From assembly GCA_013265495.1 (NCBI GenBank), contig MU058226.1, positions 768,741-832,740 on the forward strand: 64,000 nt of DNA, given 5' to 3'. This DNA comes from Vicugna vicugna (Eukaryota). Shown here piece by piece: positions 1 through 13,383 of the stretch. The notes beneath the pieces are model-generated. The model had not been told where the DNA came from, searched no databases, and saw nothing but the letters and a program-made list of their open reading frames with translations. The translations under genes were made by a program, and so were the position numbers. Each line of letters opens with the position of its first letter. Positions within the stretch are counted from its first letter, which is position 1.

Positions 1-135
1 TCATTGCTTTTTGGTGGGTTTGAAAATTATCATCATAAGCAGAGTTTTTTAAAACAGTTGTAAGAAATTCACCATTGTCTTTATTATAGGGAGATTGTCT
101 TAAGATTTTGTTTACTTATCACTACAATATACTTT

Positions 136-290
136 TAAAAATAGTTTTTATTGTTGTTTTTGTCTTTTGGGGGGTGGGGGGTGAAGGGTAATTAGGTTTA
201 TTTACTTATTTACTGGAGTAACTGAGGATTGGACCCAGGACCTCATGCATATTAGGCATGCACTCTACCATTAAGCTATACCCTCCCCTC
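136..290 (-). mobile_element. Camelid tRNA-derived SINE (vic-1 type), long form
   Basis: Reverse complement of GGGTATAGCT..TGGTAGAG..GCATG..AGGTCCTGGGT with CCTAATTACC tail; TSD actaca(a/g)tatacttt at 121-135 and 292-306. Confidence 0.9.
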
Positions 291-837
291 AACTACAGTA
301 TACTTTTGATGAAAAACTAAGGGTAATTTTAAGACTTAAATAAAATAATATTTATCTCAATCCAATGTCTAGTACAGAGTAAACACTTAGTAAATAACAG
401 TCTTTTTTTACTGTATGATGATTTCATCAGAATTGATTTATGGGTATTAGCAGACTGACCTATTTGGAACTTGGAGGTTTCCTTTAATGATGGACAAAGA
501 ACAAAGGGGAAGAAACGTCTTCCTTCTGAGAGACATTGTAGGTTTTCTGGGAGCTGACTGGATATATAGAATTTCTGGAAGAAGCTTTAAGATTTTCAGA
601 GTCTTGATCCAGAAGATGAAATTTAAGTATGAAATATTTTAACCCAGAAATGCAAAAATAGCTTAATATTTTAAAATATATACAAAGTTATCACATCCAT
701 AAGCCAAAATAGATAAACTATATGATTATTGACATTTACTAAAATTAAACAATTAATCCTGTAAGTATACAAAAAAAGAATTCTGAAAACCTGGGAATAG
801 AAAGATATTTCCTTATCATGCTAAAGAATGTCTATGT

Positions 838-1881
838 CAAGCCTCTTTAGCAAGTGGTGCTGGGAAAGTTGGACAGCCACATGTAAATCAATGAAGTTAG
901 AATACTCCCTCACACCATACACAAAAACTAACTCAAAATGACTTAAAGATTTAAAACAACCCAATTAAAAAAATAGGCAGAAGACCTAAATAAGCAATTC
1001 TCCAATGAAGACATACAAATGGCCAATAGGCACATGGGGAAAAAAAATGCTCAATGTTGCTAACTGTTAGAAAAATGCAAATCAAAACTACGAGGTATCA
1101 TCTCACACCAGTCAGAATCAACATCATTAAAAAGTTCACAAAGAATAAATGCTGGATAGGTTGTGGAGAAAAGGGAACCCTCCTACACTGTTGATGAGAA
1201 TGTAGTTTGGTGCAACCATTATGGAAAACAGTATGGAGATTCCTTAAAAACTGAAAATAGATTTACCCTATGATCCAGCAATCCCACTCCTTGGCATATA
1301 TCTGAAGGAAACTCTAATTCGAAAAGATACGTGCACCCCAATGTTCATAGCAGCACTATTTACAAGAGCCAAGACATAGAAGTAACTTAAATGCCCATCG
1401 ACAGATGATTGGATAAAGAAGATGACTGGATTGTGGTATATTTATACAATGGAATAGTACTTAGCCATAAAAAAGTATAAAGTAATGCCATTTGTAGCAA
1501 CATGGATAGAATTGGAGATTGTCATACTAAGTGAAATAAGCCAGAAGGAGAAAGAAAAATACCGTATGAAATCATTTACATGTAGAATATTAAAAAAGAC
1601 ACAAATGAACTTATTTTCAAAACAGAAACAGACCCACAGACATGTAAAACAAACTTGTGGTTGCCAGGGGGAAAGGAATAGGGAGGAATAAATTGGGAGT
1701 TCGGGATTTGCAGATACTAACTACTATTATATAAAACAGATAAACAGCAAAGTCCTACTGTACAGCACAGGGAGCTATATACAATACCTTGTGATAGCCT
1801 ATAATGAAAAAGAATAAATCACTATGCTGTACACCAGAAATTAACACAACATTGTAAATTGACTATACTTCAATTAAAAAA
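838..1881 (+). mobile_element. L1 3' fragment (ORF2 end plus 3'UTR), internally deleted near 955
   Basis: L1 ORF2 C-terminal sequence (MPFVATWIELEIVILSEISQKEKEKY), artiodactyl-type 3'UTR ending gactatacttcaattaaaaa. Confidence 0.93.
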
Positions 1882-1884
1882 CTA

Positions 1885-2320
1885 ATCAGAAACAGCCCAG
1901 GTGTCCAGCAATGGGAGACTGGTTAAACACCCAACCCTGGTATATCTACCAATGGAATATTATCAAAAAGGCCTGAGGAAGAGTTTTATGTGCTCTGGTA
2001 TGGAAGGATATCCAGAGCATTTAGTTCAATTTTAAAAAGGAAAGAGCAAGATATATATATACATATGTATATGTACATATATATAAAATATGCTTTTTCG
2101 TGTAAGAAAGGAGAAAATAAAAGTACATTTACATAAAGAAAAATTGGAAGGATAAATAATTCACTATTATAATAAAAATGGTTACTTACAGGGGCAAAGT
2201 GAGAGAAAATGGAGGGTGGGTAGGGGATGGGAGTGATATTTCTCATGTACCTGTTGATACCATTTTCATTTAAAACTACATAAATGTGATGTCTACTAAA
2301 AAGATTGAAATCTTAAAGAT
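1885..2320 (+). mobile_element. Old L1 (L1ME-like) 3' fragment
   Basis: Degenerate atggaatattat and L1ME-type 3'UTR motifs. Confidence 0.55.
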
Positions 2321-2824
2321 CCATACATGATTTATTAAAAGCAAAGAATACAGAGAACAAATATTCAGGGAATGCATCAAAAATAGTTGGGTTTAAAAAA
2401 AAGTAGTGGGGTTTTATTTTTCTGAGCTAGTCTCTCCTCTGTTTCAATTCCCTTTTTTTATTAAAAAAAAAAATCCAAACCTTGGACACATTTCACAAAA
2501 ATCCTGCCAAGGAAAATGCCAAGAATTCAATGGGCACAGGAGCCCACAATGCAATAAAGAGAAAGCCATGGAATTTTCTGCCTGGCTTGAGAAGCATTTT
2601 TATCATTTTTGGTTTATAAAATGTACATGAAATATCACATTCCTTATTTTTTTCTCAATCAAATGGAATCTGCTCTGTGTCCCAAACTGCCAGACTGAGA
2701 GGAAATTCAACCCTAGTCATTAGTGGGGCTCCCTCCTCTCATCATGAGCCTGTAAAATATCAGGGGTGTATGCAGGGCCAGGAAACCCAAGAGCAGGGCC
2801 AGGTCCTTAGTAACTAGTGGTAGC

Positions 2825-3193
2825 TGTCTAATCTTGCGTTGCTATAACAAAATACCATAGACCAGTTGGCTTAAACAACACACATTTCCTTCTCACAGTT
2901 CTGGAGCCAGGGAGTCCAAGATCAAGGTGCTGGTGGATTCAGTCTGGCAAGAGTTTTCTTCCTGGTTTGCAGAAGACCCCCTTTTCACTGTATCCTGACA
3001 TGGCAGAGATAGAGAGGGGGCTCTGGTTTCCTCCTATTCTTATAAGGGCACTAATTCTATTATGGGGGTTCCACCCTCATGACCTCATCTAATCTAATTA
3101 CCTCCCAAAGGCCCCATCTCCAAATACCATCACAGTGGGGATTAGGCTTCAATATATGAATTTTGGGGTGACACAAATATTCAGTCCGCAGCA
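2825..3193 (-). mobile_element. MLT1A-type MaLR solo LTR
   Basis: gctataacaaaataccatagac..aattacctcccaaaggcccc..acacaaatattcagtcc; TG..CA ends; 5-bp TSD gtagc/gcagc. Confidence 0.9.
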
Positions 3194-3849
3194 GCAGCCA
3201 TTGTTTCTGATGCTCCCTCTGATTTCAGAGGCTGCTGTCACATCCTGGGGTCCTCTGGGTCAGCATTGGGGTCACAGCACTGCCCTTTACAGATGTCCAT
3301 ATCATTGACAGCAGAGTCTCGGGGTGGGAGACCCTGGCTGGGAAAAACCATGCCCATCCTCTCTGGGCATTCTCCAGCAATCTTTCAGCCTGGGTGGGCT
3401 GTGGGAAAAATTAGGGGCCTGGGTCTCCACCACTCATTGGGGGAAGGGACCAAATTTCCAGATCCCAGAGAATCTCAACCTCTCTGCTCAGCCCACACCC
3501 ACAGCACACTTCTGTCTCAGCCTAGGTGTTTGCACATAATCCAAATGCCAACAGCCACCCACCCTCTGCCTACGCAAAACAGAAGCTCAGAACTGGGAAC
3601 AAAAGCTTTATAACTTTCTCAGTATGAGAGAAATGAGGGAAACAGACATAGCACAACAAGAACAAAAAAAAAATTATTCTGCAATAAATCATCCTGCCAC
3701 AAGCCTGGCAGCTAAAAGAATTCTAATGGAATGAAAAGTTGGGAAATTTTGTACCCGCATTGGCAAAGTGAGCTAAGGAGATGGATTCTTATGGAGCTAA
3801 GGAGCTGCTCATCATGGATGTGAAGACTCTGGTCCAGGTAAAGATTCAG

Positions 3850-4330
3850 CTGTTCCTGTTACCTGTCACTGTGTAACTACTCCAAAAAGCCAGCAACAAC
3901 TACCTCATATCTCATGATTTTATCTATTAGTTTAGCAATTCTTCTACTCCTACTGATGTTGACTGAGGTCACTCAGGGCTATCAGTTGGCAGATGGGCTG
4001 GTCCAGAGTATTCAAGACAGCCTCCCTCACATTCCTGTCTCCTTGGTGGGGACAACTGGGCTCTGCTGGTGGTTGACCACAGTGCTGGGCATGGCTGCTC
4101 CAGCCTGCAATCTCAGGGACTTTGGACTTCCTGCATGGAGGCTCAGGGCTCCCAAGGGACTGTTCCAAGAGACAGAAAGTGGAAGTTGCCTAGGTCTGGA
4201 AATTGACTCGGCCTCACTGCCACTGATTTTTGTTGATCAAAAAGCCATAGAACCCACCCAGATTCAAGGAGACCCCACTTCTCAATGGGACAAGTAGCAA
4301 AGGTTGTGTAGCCATCTTGAATCCCCAGCA
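3850..4330 (-). mobile_element. Old MaLR LTR (MLT1G/H-like)
   Basis: ggctcagggctcccaag, ggaagttgcc, cagattcaagga, gccatcttgaatc motifs; accounts for ORF 3914-4297. Confidence 0.7.
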
Positions 4331-4859
4331 GTGGACAGAATTAGCCTCCTTCTTTCAGGTGATTCCAGGTGAGTTGAGACCTGCCACTGCAATGGCATCT
4401 GTGAAACTTGGTGGCTCTAGAGACAATACCAAGAAGACCTCAGACTTGATCAACAATGTCTGTCTGGTTGATGTGAGCAGCCCACAGGTCTTACCGTTGG
4501 ATTTACAGATGCTAACGCTCATACTCAAGAGTCTGGCTAGTATTTGATGGAGGCAGCAAATTGGGGGCTCTCAATAACACAAACTCATCTAATCCATTTC
4601 AGTTTCTGAAGGAGCCGAAAATTGCAGGAGTTCAATTCAGGGCCCCATTAAACAGGTGATGGAAAAGAATATTGATTCACAGCAGATGTCAGGAATGAAA
4701 GAGCAGAAAGTCCTTCATAACTTAAATCCTATCCTGCCTCCCCTTCTCTTGATGAAACAAGAGCAAGGATCCCACAAGGAGGGTGCTGAGCAAAGGGGGC
4801 ACAGATGATAAAAGACATTCCACCACCTCACTCCATTGTGTCTCATCTTTTGCACTTAA

Positions 4860-5400
4860 ATCTTTTAAAAAATACTTTATACAAATATTCACACAGAAAA
4901 GCATATAAATCCAAATGACCTTTCACACACTGAGCATATCCCTGCAACCAGCACCTAGATTAAGGACTAGAACATTCCGGGGGTGGGGGTAGGTTATAGC
5001 TCAGTGGTAGAGCACATGCTTAGCATGGACGAGGTCCTGGTTTCAATCCTTGGCACCTCCATTAAAAAGAAAAAAAAAAACAAAAAAACATTTCCAGGAT
5101 GCCAGGGGCCTCCCTCAAGTCCCATTTGAGTCACTCTCTCCCCAAAGGGTAGCCTGGACTTGAGCTTTTTAGAAACGGAATCATACACTTAGTGCTCTTT
5201 TGCACCAGCTTTTTGCCTGCAGATTCACTGCACTGTCACATGGATGATTTATTCTCTTCACTGAGAAATACCCACCGCATGAATCCGCTACAACTCTCCT
5301 CCCCACTGTCCCGTGGAGGGGTGTTGGGGCCGTTTCCAGCTTAGGCTGCAGCATGTTCCCTGGGGGCCTGGGCGCATCTGTGTCCAGAGCAGCTCTCTCC
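4860..5400 (-). mobile_element. Old L1 (L1ME-like) 3' fragment interrupted by a SINE
   Basis: ccagcacctagattaaggactagaacattcc, ggaatcatacac, tttccagcttaggct motifs. Confidence 0.65.
4979..5086 (+). mobile_element. Camelid SINE (vic-1 type), short form
   Basis: TATAGCTCAGTGGTAGAG A-box, degenerate B-box, poly(A); TSD aacattcc/aacatttcc. Confidence 0.92.
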
Positions 5401-5752
5401 CATCTCTGGCTGAGCTCCAGGGCTCCGCTGTGAGGCCTCTGAGGTCCTGCACGGGGAGGACTACACCGGGACTCAAAGAAGCCAGACAGAGGTCTCCCTC
5501 TCAAGCCACAAACCTTTCTGCCATTTCTGCCCCTCCCCCAGGGCTCAGCCCCAAGGACCTCTAGGACCCACAACTGTCCACAGCTGCATCCCTTCCCTCT
5601 GCCTTCCAGTCCAAGGAGGTTGCTCTCAGTCTCCATTCCTAAGGGCCGGGCTTATGCTGCAAATCCATTCACTTCCTTCAAGGGTCTACTGTTTGAAACT
5701 TAGGAGCCACAAGAGGATCAGCAGGCCCCCACCTCCTGCCAGCTCTTCTCCC

Positions 5753-6313
5753 TGAAATAGGAGGGAAGGGGACAGGCACAACCACTAAAAGAATATCACA
5801 GCAACTGAGGATAGGACATAAACTGGTTAAAACCCGACTAGGCCCAACTTCCAGTAAACCTTGAGGCCCATTTGACTTCCAGTCGACCTTGAGCTTCATT
5901 ACACACTTACTGTAATACATTAGCATGGTAAATGGTACTCCCAAAGGCCCCATGACAGTGCCAAGGCTGACCATAAAAGGTCAAAAAGTGGGTGGTGGCC
6001 CAATTCCTAGGAATCCCCACCCCTTAACCAAAGTAGCTGGAATAATCGGCCCACTTGTTAGCATAGGAAGTTACTGAACTCGTAGAATCTAAAACCCTGC
6101 ACCTCACCACACTCTCTCTTGCCTTCAGAGACAACCCGCATTCTGTCAACGGAGCGTGTATCTCCCTGAAGAAACTTGCTTTCACTCTACTGTGGCTCGC
6201 TCTTGAATTCCTTCCTCTTTGAAGCCAAGGATCCTCACTAGGCAGGGCGTGTCCCAGGGGCTTACCTGAGATCTGGGACGTGACCATCCTCTCGCGCCCC
6301 ACTTCCTGCAACA
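5753..6313 (+). mobile_element. ERV1-type solo LTR (same family as 40408 and 49580)
   Basis: TG..CA ends; shares gaccttgagcttcatta, gtggctcgctcttgaa and gaagccaagga with the two other copies in this window. Confidence 0.85.
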
Positions 6314-7122
6314 CCACTTCCACTCCTCCTTCCTCCCATCGCTTGCCTGTAACATAGGCAGCACTATGTTGAACGTGGTTATTTTTCTAGAAAAGCCAGG
6401 TATTTTTCTCAGCCTGTACCTGAGAATAAGGCCGTGAAGACCCTGAAATTCCTTCAGACTTACTTGATGGCCTCTAATGGCATCCAGTGTTTGGACCCAA
6501 GCAGGAGGCTTGCGGTGCTTTACAAGGAGCCAGAGTTTGGTGGTGTTTGCAGAGTTCAAGCTGGAAAGGTCCCCTTGGACACGCCTTGCCTGGCTCAGAC
6601 TCTCTGCCAGCCAGTAGTCACCCTGCTCTGCGCTCCCTAGTTCCTCTCCTGCACACCTGAAGCCGGGTCAGCCACCACCCTTCCTCAGATACTCTCTCCT
6701 GGCCCAGGCAGCATCTTCCCTGAGCCTCCTTAAACCGTGCACCACCAGCAGCCCCACCTGTGGTGCCCAGAGCATCCGATAGGAGCAGGAAGTATTTGTC
6801 AGCTTCCAGGCCTCTCTATCCTAGTGGAGGTGCCTCCTGGAGGGCAGTGTAGCCAATCTAGATGCTCCCCACACTGACTCCACCCCATATCCCTCTCCAT
6901 CCACTGCCTGGACCTCTAAAGCTTCACGACCACTCACGAGCTTTGTTACACGGTGATGCAGACAGACCGAACCTGAGCCACAGCGGGAGATGAAGTTGAC
7001 TATGTAAATTGGGAAAATGGAGGCCTGATTCAATACCATAATCATACAGAAACGAGGTCAGGTACGCACACACACCAATACCCCGGAGGCTGAACTCTAC
7101 CCGTACATCCAAGATGTGGAAA

Positions 7123-7141
7123 GGGCGCCCCCTGGTGGCAT
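7123..7141 (-). promoter_or_regulatory. CTCF core motif
   Basis: Minus strand reads TGCCACCAGGGGGCGCC, essentially the consensus. Confidence 0.7.
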
Positions 7142-8159
7142 TCCCAGAGGTTCCTCACGGATCTACAAGTCCAGCCCAGGCCAAACATCCTAGCACAGCC
7201 ATCTGCTCTATCAAGCAGGACTCAAAGACTTCGTTTGCTGCAGGGCCAAGTTATGACGCCTGGCATTCTCTGTCCTGAGGTGACACTCAGTTCCAGGAAG
7301 AATTGGTTTCTGGGACAAACTTACACGGGCATCTTGGGAGACAGTCTGGCCGGGCGGGGAGCCCAGTGTGTCTGGTGCTGGGGGAGGCAGCCTGTGTCTG
7401 TTCCTCAGTCCCACTGGGCCTGATCACCAGCCATTCCGCGGAAGGGAGTCAGGGCCTCTGGGTGGGGCAGAGGCTGCTTCTCACTGCCCCTTAATTCATA
7501 GCCAAGAGGCCACACAAGCTGGAGATCTGGTTCTGTTTATATTGCAAAAGAGGCACTGCTGGGTATGCAGTTCCCTATTTGGTTCACCTTGCCCATTGCA
7601 CCGAGAAATATCCTGGGGCAGCTGGAGACGGAGGAGTGAGGAACCAGAGAAGGTAGATAGAAAACTTGGAAATGAACCTGGAAACTGAATTTCCAAAATT
7701 CACAAAAACTAACACTGAGAAAGCCAGCTAGCAACATCAACACTCTAGAGACAGATTCATGCCAGGTGAAGTGAAAAGAACAGAACAACCAGAAAGAGAC
7801 TTCAAAATCCTCAAAGAGATGATTGAACATATAATGTTCATTAAAAAAAAAAGGAATTGGGAAATAAAAAGCAACAGAATGGTACCATCACAAAACTGTG
7901 GAACAAAAAATATCATTCAATAAATCGACTGGAAGAAATGATTGTTTGAAAAATATATACATATATGAAACATCTAATGCACCAAACATTTTTTTTCTAT
8001 TGTATGAAAAGGAGAGAATGTTCTAGGATGGCTGAAAGAAAAAAATGGGTCAACAAAAGAAAGAAGTAGACTGATAAATTTAACCACTTTTTTTTTCATT
8101 TTTATAGTTAATAGAAAAAAATCAAACACATAAAATAGGACATATTGTCTATTTTGTAG

Positions 8160-8360
8160 TTGAGGCACAGGCTCTGATCCAGGCATCCTGGGCAGGGCCG
8201 TGGGCAAGTTCACTGACCTCTCTGTGCCTCTGTTTCCTCCATCAAATGACAGTAACAATTGCACCTGCCTCGCGGTGGGTCAGGATCAACCAAGTTACTA
8301 CATGTACAGCCCTTAGAACAGTAACGAGCACACAGAGAGCACTCAGCAGCTATTTCTACT
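8160..8360 (+). mobile_element. MIR SINE
   Basis: Core gtgggcaagttcactgacctctctgtgcctctgtttcctccatcaaatg. Confidence 0.8.
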
Positions 8361-8670
8361 TTATATTGTACCATGTGAGGAATTCAGACACAACTCACAG
8401 CAAAGAAACCATAGTTAACAATTATAGCGAAAAGTTCCACTTCACTAATAATGAAACAGAATTAAAATAAATTAAAATGTTTGTTTTTCTTGTTGGTAAA
8501 GATTGTCAAAATGACAACAGAGTATTCCTTCTCTAATCGTGGGGGTCATGTTCCTAAAAATCTCCTTGGACGAAAACACTGTGATTAAGGAACTTAAATT
8601 AAGGCTCTATGCAAAGTTAGGGGTTGGGGAGATCAAAACCATTAGAAAACCCATGTTCTAAAAGGGTTTT

Positions 8671-9550
8671 ATGCCACCTCACGCCCATTAGGATGGCTAC
8701 TATCAAAACAGAAAATAACAAGTGTTGGTGAGGATGCGAAGATATTAGAACCCCGGTGCGCTGATGCTGGGAATGTAAAATAGTGGAGCCGCTATGGGAA
8801 ACAGTGTGGTGGTTCCTTAAGAAATTCAAAATAGAATTACCATATGATCCAGCAGTTCCACTCTGGGGATATACCCAAAGTAATTGACAGCAGAGTTGCA
8901 AAGAGATATTTATGCACCCGTGTTCATAGCAGCATTATTCACAATAGCCAAAGATGGAAGCAACTCAAATGTCCAGTCATGGATGAACAGAAGAGCATGT
9001 GGTCTATACATACAATGGAGTATTATTCAGCCTTAAAAAGAAAGAAAATTCTACAACATGCTACAACACGGATGAGCCTTGAGAATATGCTAGCTAAGAT
9101 AAGCCTGCCACAAAAAGACAAATACAAGGTTCCACGTACATGGAGTAGACAAATTCATAGAGACAGAAAGCAGGATGGTGGCTGCCAGGGGCGAGGGGAA
9201 GTGCGGACAGGGGAGTTGTTGTTTAATGAGTACAGAGTTTCAGTCATGCAAGATGAAAGGAGTTCTGGAATGGAGGGAGGTGGTGACTGCACCACAGTGT
9301 GAATGTCCTTAACACTACTGCACTGTACCGCCCAAAACAGAAAAGATGGTACATTTCATGTTCTGTGTATTTTACCACAAGTTTAATTATTTTTTGGCTT
9401 TTTTTTTTCCTGTAGGGAGGTAATTAGGCTTGTTTGTTTGTTTTTAACGAAGGTACTGGAGATTGAACCCAGGATCTCATGCATGCTAATCATGCCCTCT
9501 ACCACTGAGCTATACCACCTCTCCCTTATTTTACCATAACTAAAAAAAAT
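8671..9550 (+). mobile_element. L1MB-like 3' fragment with a SINE in its tail
   Basis: gaattaccatatgatccagca, ttcatagcagcattattcacaatagccaaa, tattttaccacaa; accounts for ORFs 8617-8901 and 8844-9302. Confidence 0.92.
9383..9525 (-). mobile_element. Camelid SINE (vic-1 type), long form
   Basis: Family consensus on minus strand; TSD tattttacca(c/t)aa. Confidence 0.92.
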
Positions 9551-10422
9551 TTTTTTAAGATATTATTTTTTATGTTCAAAAATATTGTTTGCTTTTACTA
9601 AAATAAACTCATCAAGAGATGATCAATTTTACCAAAGTAACTGCTGACTGAACAATGATTGTCCATCAGCCCTCTCTTACTGGAGAGCAGCCTCCAAAGG
9701 CCTCCCTCTCCTGCAGTTTCAATGAAGTGTTTGCAAATCAGTTCTAGTTTATTACTACTAGTGGGCCCATGAAGAAGGATTCTGGTCTTTGTTTGCACAT
9801 AGTTCTCCATCTAAACACTCAGTGTCTTTCCAGTTATCAGTAGGGATATGTAACATACGGTAATTATGTAGTGCAGTTATGAAACAGCAAAGGGAAGTGT
9901 GGTCCAGACAGAGTGTGCGGTCAAGGTGACGGCAGGAAGAGGAGCTTGTGCACGGTCCTGGAATAGCTGCTGGTCCTGACCCTGGGATTCTGATCGGCTG
10001 GAGGGGTGTGGCCCAGGCCTGAGGGTTTGGAAGGTGCACCTGTGGAAGGGGTGGGGCCAGGGAAGGGAGACTTGGCTTCTACTCGGGCGCCTCCACCAAC
10101 TTGCAGTTCGGCCATAGATGAGGGTTTCCATTTCCTGGGCTTCAGTTTCTTCCTTTTGCTGTAAAGTGGAAGAGTTGGACTCAAGTGGGGTCCTCATTAC
10201 AGGACAAGGCAGCATGGTGTGGGAGGAAAGTACACTGTGGGGCCTAGCTATTCTCTCCAGAGTCATCTTCCTCTCCCTCATCTTTATATGGGTCCTTCCT
10301 GCCTAGAAATCTGTCTCCCATCTGCCCCCACTTCCCCTTGGCAGCTGTCTTCATTCAAACGCTCATCTCCTCTCATTGAGAAAGTTCAATAGCCTCTCAA
10401 CTGTTACTCCAGACCCCAGTCT

Positions 10423-10847
10423 TGTAATAGGGAAGAACTTTTGTTTTTTATTACAACTTAATCACTAAAGGGATGTTGCCTATAAGCTTAAATTATACAT
10501 AATGGCCATCTCTGGAAACCCTGCCTCCCAGGTAAGGAACTTGAAGCTAAAATACCTTTGTTTAGCTCAGAGGAAACATCCTGACCAGGCCCACCTGGGA
10601 ATGGCTGCAAGCAGGAAGAACTTACTACAACCCCCCAGAGTCTGGCCAGAACCAGGCCTTTCCCCGTCCCCTTTTAGTATAAAAGAAGCCTGGATTCTAA
10701 CTCGGCTAACATGGCTCTCTGGGGCATCTGTCCACCATCTTCTCAGTCTGCTGGCTCTCTGAATAAAGGTGCTATTCCCTACCCCAAGTACTCTTTTCTC
10801 GGTTTATTGTGCGGCAAGTAGGACGAGCTTAGACTTTCCAATTATCA
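10423..10847 (+). mobile_element. ERV1-type solo LTR
   Basis: TG..CA ends, TATAAAA near 10678 and AATAAA near 10762 in LTR-like spacing. Confidence 0.7.
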
Positions 10848-12142
10848 GTACGAATATGTAATATATTAAAAAAGTAACAATCTTGACCCTCCCCAACCCC
10901 CGCGGCACTGCCTCTGGCAGCATCTTTCCCTGGGGATGAAATTTCTGGCTTTATCACAGGGGTGTGTTTGCTCTGCCTCATACACCACTTTCTCTGATCA
11001 TCAAGATCTTGGCAATCACCAGGGAGCAGTTTACAGTTTTGCAACGTGGTTCCCACTATGCTGCTCCCTCCTCGCTTATTCAGCAAACCCTCAATGTTTT
11101 CCTTTGCATAAGAAATGAGCCAGGATATTATCCTGCAGGTTTGCCATTTTGATTTATTCCTCATGGTCAACAGAGTTTTAAAGGAACTCTGCTTTCCCTG
11201 GGAGCTGTGTCTCTGTCCACACATCTGGGCACTGGGTGTCCCTGGGGCCTCGGTCAAAGCACTGCTCCTGGGATTTCCATCTTGTCCCTGTGGGGCTGAA
11301 AAATGAACTTAGAAAGCTCCTTGAGGACTGGAACTCTGCTTCCTTTACTGTTTATCCACAACCCCTACACAGTGCCTAGGATATTTACTGAGTGAAGGAC
11401 TCCATCCATTGAAGATAAATATTAGGAAAAGTCCTTTAAAATTCCCCAGGCTCAGAATGTACAGAAGCACAAAACAAGCACCGAGTGTTTTCACTTTTCT
11501 CAGTTCCCTCTTGTCATAACTGGTCTCATGCCTCCTCCTCCCACCTCCTCAGCCTCAAGGACCCAGAGCTGACCCTCGGGTACCCCTTACCTCGGACTCA
11601 AACCCTGCAAGCACCAAATCAGATCAAGCAGATGCCAGATGCAACCAAAAAGGACAGGCTAATACTAGGGACCAAGTCTACTTGTCCTCAGACCCCACGG
11701 GACAGCCAGCCCCTCTCTTCACAGAGTGGGATACATATTTTATTTAGTCCAATGATGTTAATATTAGCACTAATTCCTCATCAATCTCTCATCCACAGGG
11801 AAATTCAATGGCTCAGAAGTGAGGCGTTTATAGCAAAGAGAAGTACATGTCAGATGCAGGTCAAGACAACCCACTTCCAATTCTCACTCCTGGGGGCTTT
11901 CTATACAAGCAGGGAAGAAAAGGGTCGGGAGGCCCGTCTTAGGAATTTAAAGGTTAAGAAAGGGATTTTTATGTACCTTGATGGAGAGGAAACCATGTCA
12001 AAATATCAACTTTCACTTAGAACAGACAAGTAGAAGGTGCTTTTATGTGGAGCTTTTCAGCATTGATTATCTAACATTGTTTGTTGGGTTTTTTTAGGGT
12101 GGCAGCTTCCCCTGCTTTAGAAAAAACAAAAAAGCACTCTGC

Positions 12143-12161
12143 TATGCCATCTGGTGGCCAA
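12143..12161 (-). promoter_or_regulatory. CTCF core motif
   Basis: Minus strand reads TGGCCACCAGATGGCAT. Confidence 0.55.
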
Positions 12162-12569
12162 ATAAATTAGAAACCTGCGATTACAGGGGTGGTGAGCTGG
12201 AGCAGGGCCTTTGCAATGCAGGAAAAAACTGTGCATGTGTCTTTTTTAGAATTATTCCCTTTTTGTCTTTTACTTTCCTCCCATTTTCCTATTAGAATAT
12301 ATCACTTACTCCATAAGTGCCAGGACATGGAACTTGATGGTGTCTGGATCCCTGCAGGGAGAGATAAGGAAATTTGGTCTTGGAGGTGAAACCAGTTATG
12401 ACAAAAGGAAAAGGACAAGTTGGAATGGGTCCCTTTGCTCATGGTCAATTGTGTCCTGCTTCCAGATGATACACAGAGAGCAGAATCTTTTTAGGGTGGA
12501 GCAACATGGTAAGCAGAATCAGAACCCAAGGCCTGAAAGAGAACTTAAGAGAAAGTGTAGCTGTTCCCA

Positions 12570-13265
12570 GTATGTTCAAACCTCCTGGTCTGGATGGATT
12601 CCATGCTAGAGTACTTAAAAACAAAACAACAACAACAACAAAGAAAACCCTGCCAACAATCTGAGGAATCATGGATGGGCAGAGAGATGTTCGAAGGTGG
12701 GAGGTAGCATAGCTCTGACTTCCAAAGGTGGAAAAATGTGAATATTAAAAACTACTTATCGGTGGCCTTGACAATGACCTCAGGCAAAAATCCTTAAATG
12801 AGATACAGAAAGATATTTTGTGAGCCCTAAGGAAAAGTAATTGTGTCCACCAGGGGCCCAGGAGGCCTCAGCAAGGGCAGGTCACACCAAAAAATCCTCA
12901 TGTCATGTTCTCTGGTCAGGGTTCTAGAATGACAGAACGAGGCAGTGTAATAACCCGGGGTCTGCATTTGATTAAGGCATTTCATGACATCTCAGATCAC
13001 ATCCTTCTGGAACAAATGGAGACATATGGAATAGATCATTGTACAGTCGGGAGAAACTGGAGCAGATCAAATGACAGCCATCCCAAGGAGATGGAAGGTT
13101 CACAGCTTGATTCTGCCCTGTTCAATATTTGTATGGTGTCTTGTGTGTGTGTTTAGCAAATATGTGGGTGGCACACAGTTTTAAGAAATAGAAAACTCAT
13201 TGGATTCCAAAATCAATACCCAAAATCCATCTGGACAGACCAAACAGATTCCAACAGGATGAAGT
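12570..13265 (+). mobile_element. CR1/L3 LINE reverse-transcriptase fossil
   Basis: Degenerate CR1 RT blocks in the right order: PGLDGFHARVLK, EESW, NYLSVALTMTSGK, KAFHDISDHILLEQMETYGID, GSQLDSALFNI. Confidence 0.85.
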
Positions 13266-13315
13266 GGGTTTTTCTGCTCTCTGTCCCAAGATCTCATCTT
13301 CTTGTTAAATGACTG

Positions 13316-13383
13316 TTGCCCAAGGTTTCTCCAGCTGTGCTAAAATTTGCCCAAGTTTTCTCCAGCTGTGCTGAAATTTGCCC
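13316..13383. repeat. 31-bp tandem duplication (about 2 copies)
   Basis: gcccaag(g/t)tttctccagctgtgct(a/g)aaattt twice. Confidence 0.9.

Noticed and set aside
3914..4297. 127-aa ORF with a signal-peptide-like N-terminus
   Set aside because: Lies wholly within an antisense MLT1 LTR and resembles no protein I recognise
4979..5065. tRNA-Ala-like sequences here and at 16 other sites
   Set aside because: SINE heads with A-rich tails and TSDs, not tRNA genes
8518..8670. Possible Tigger/MER2-like DNA transposon end
   Set aside because: Resemblance too weak and no partner TIR found
11485..12033. 182-aa ORF
   Set aside because: GTG start, no recognisable domain, no convincing exon boundaries
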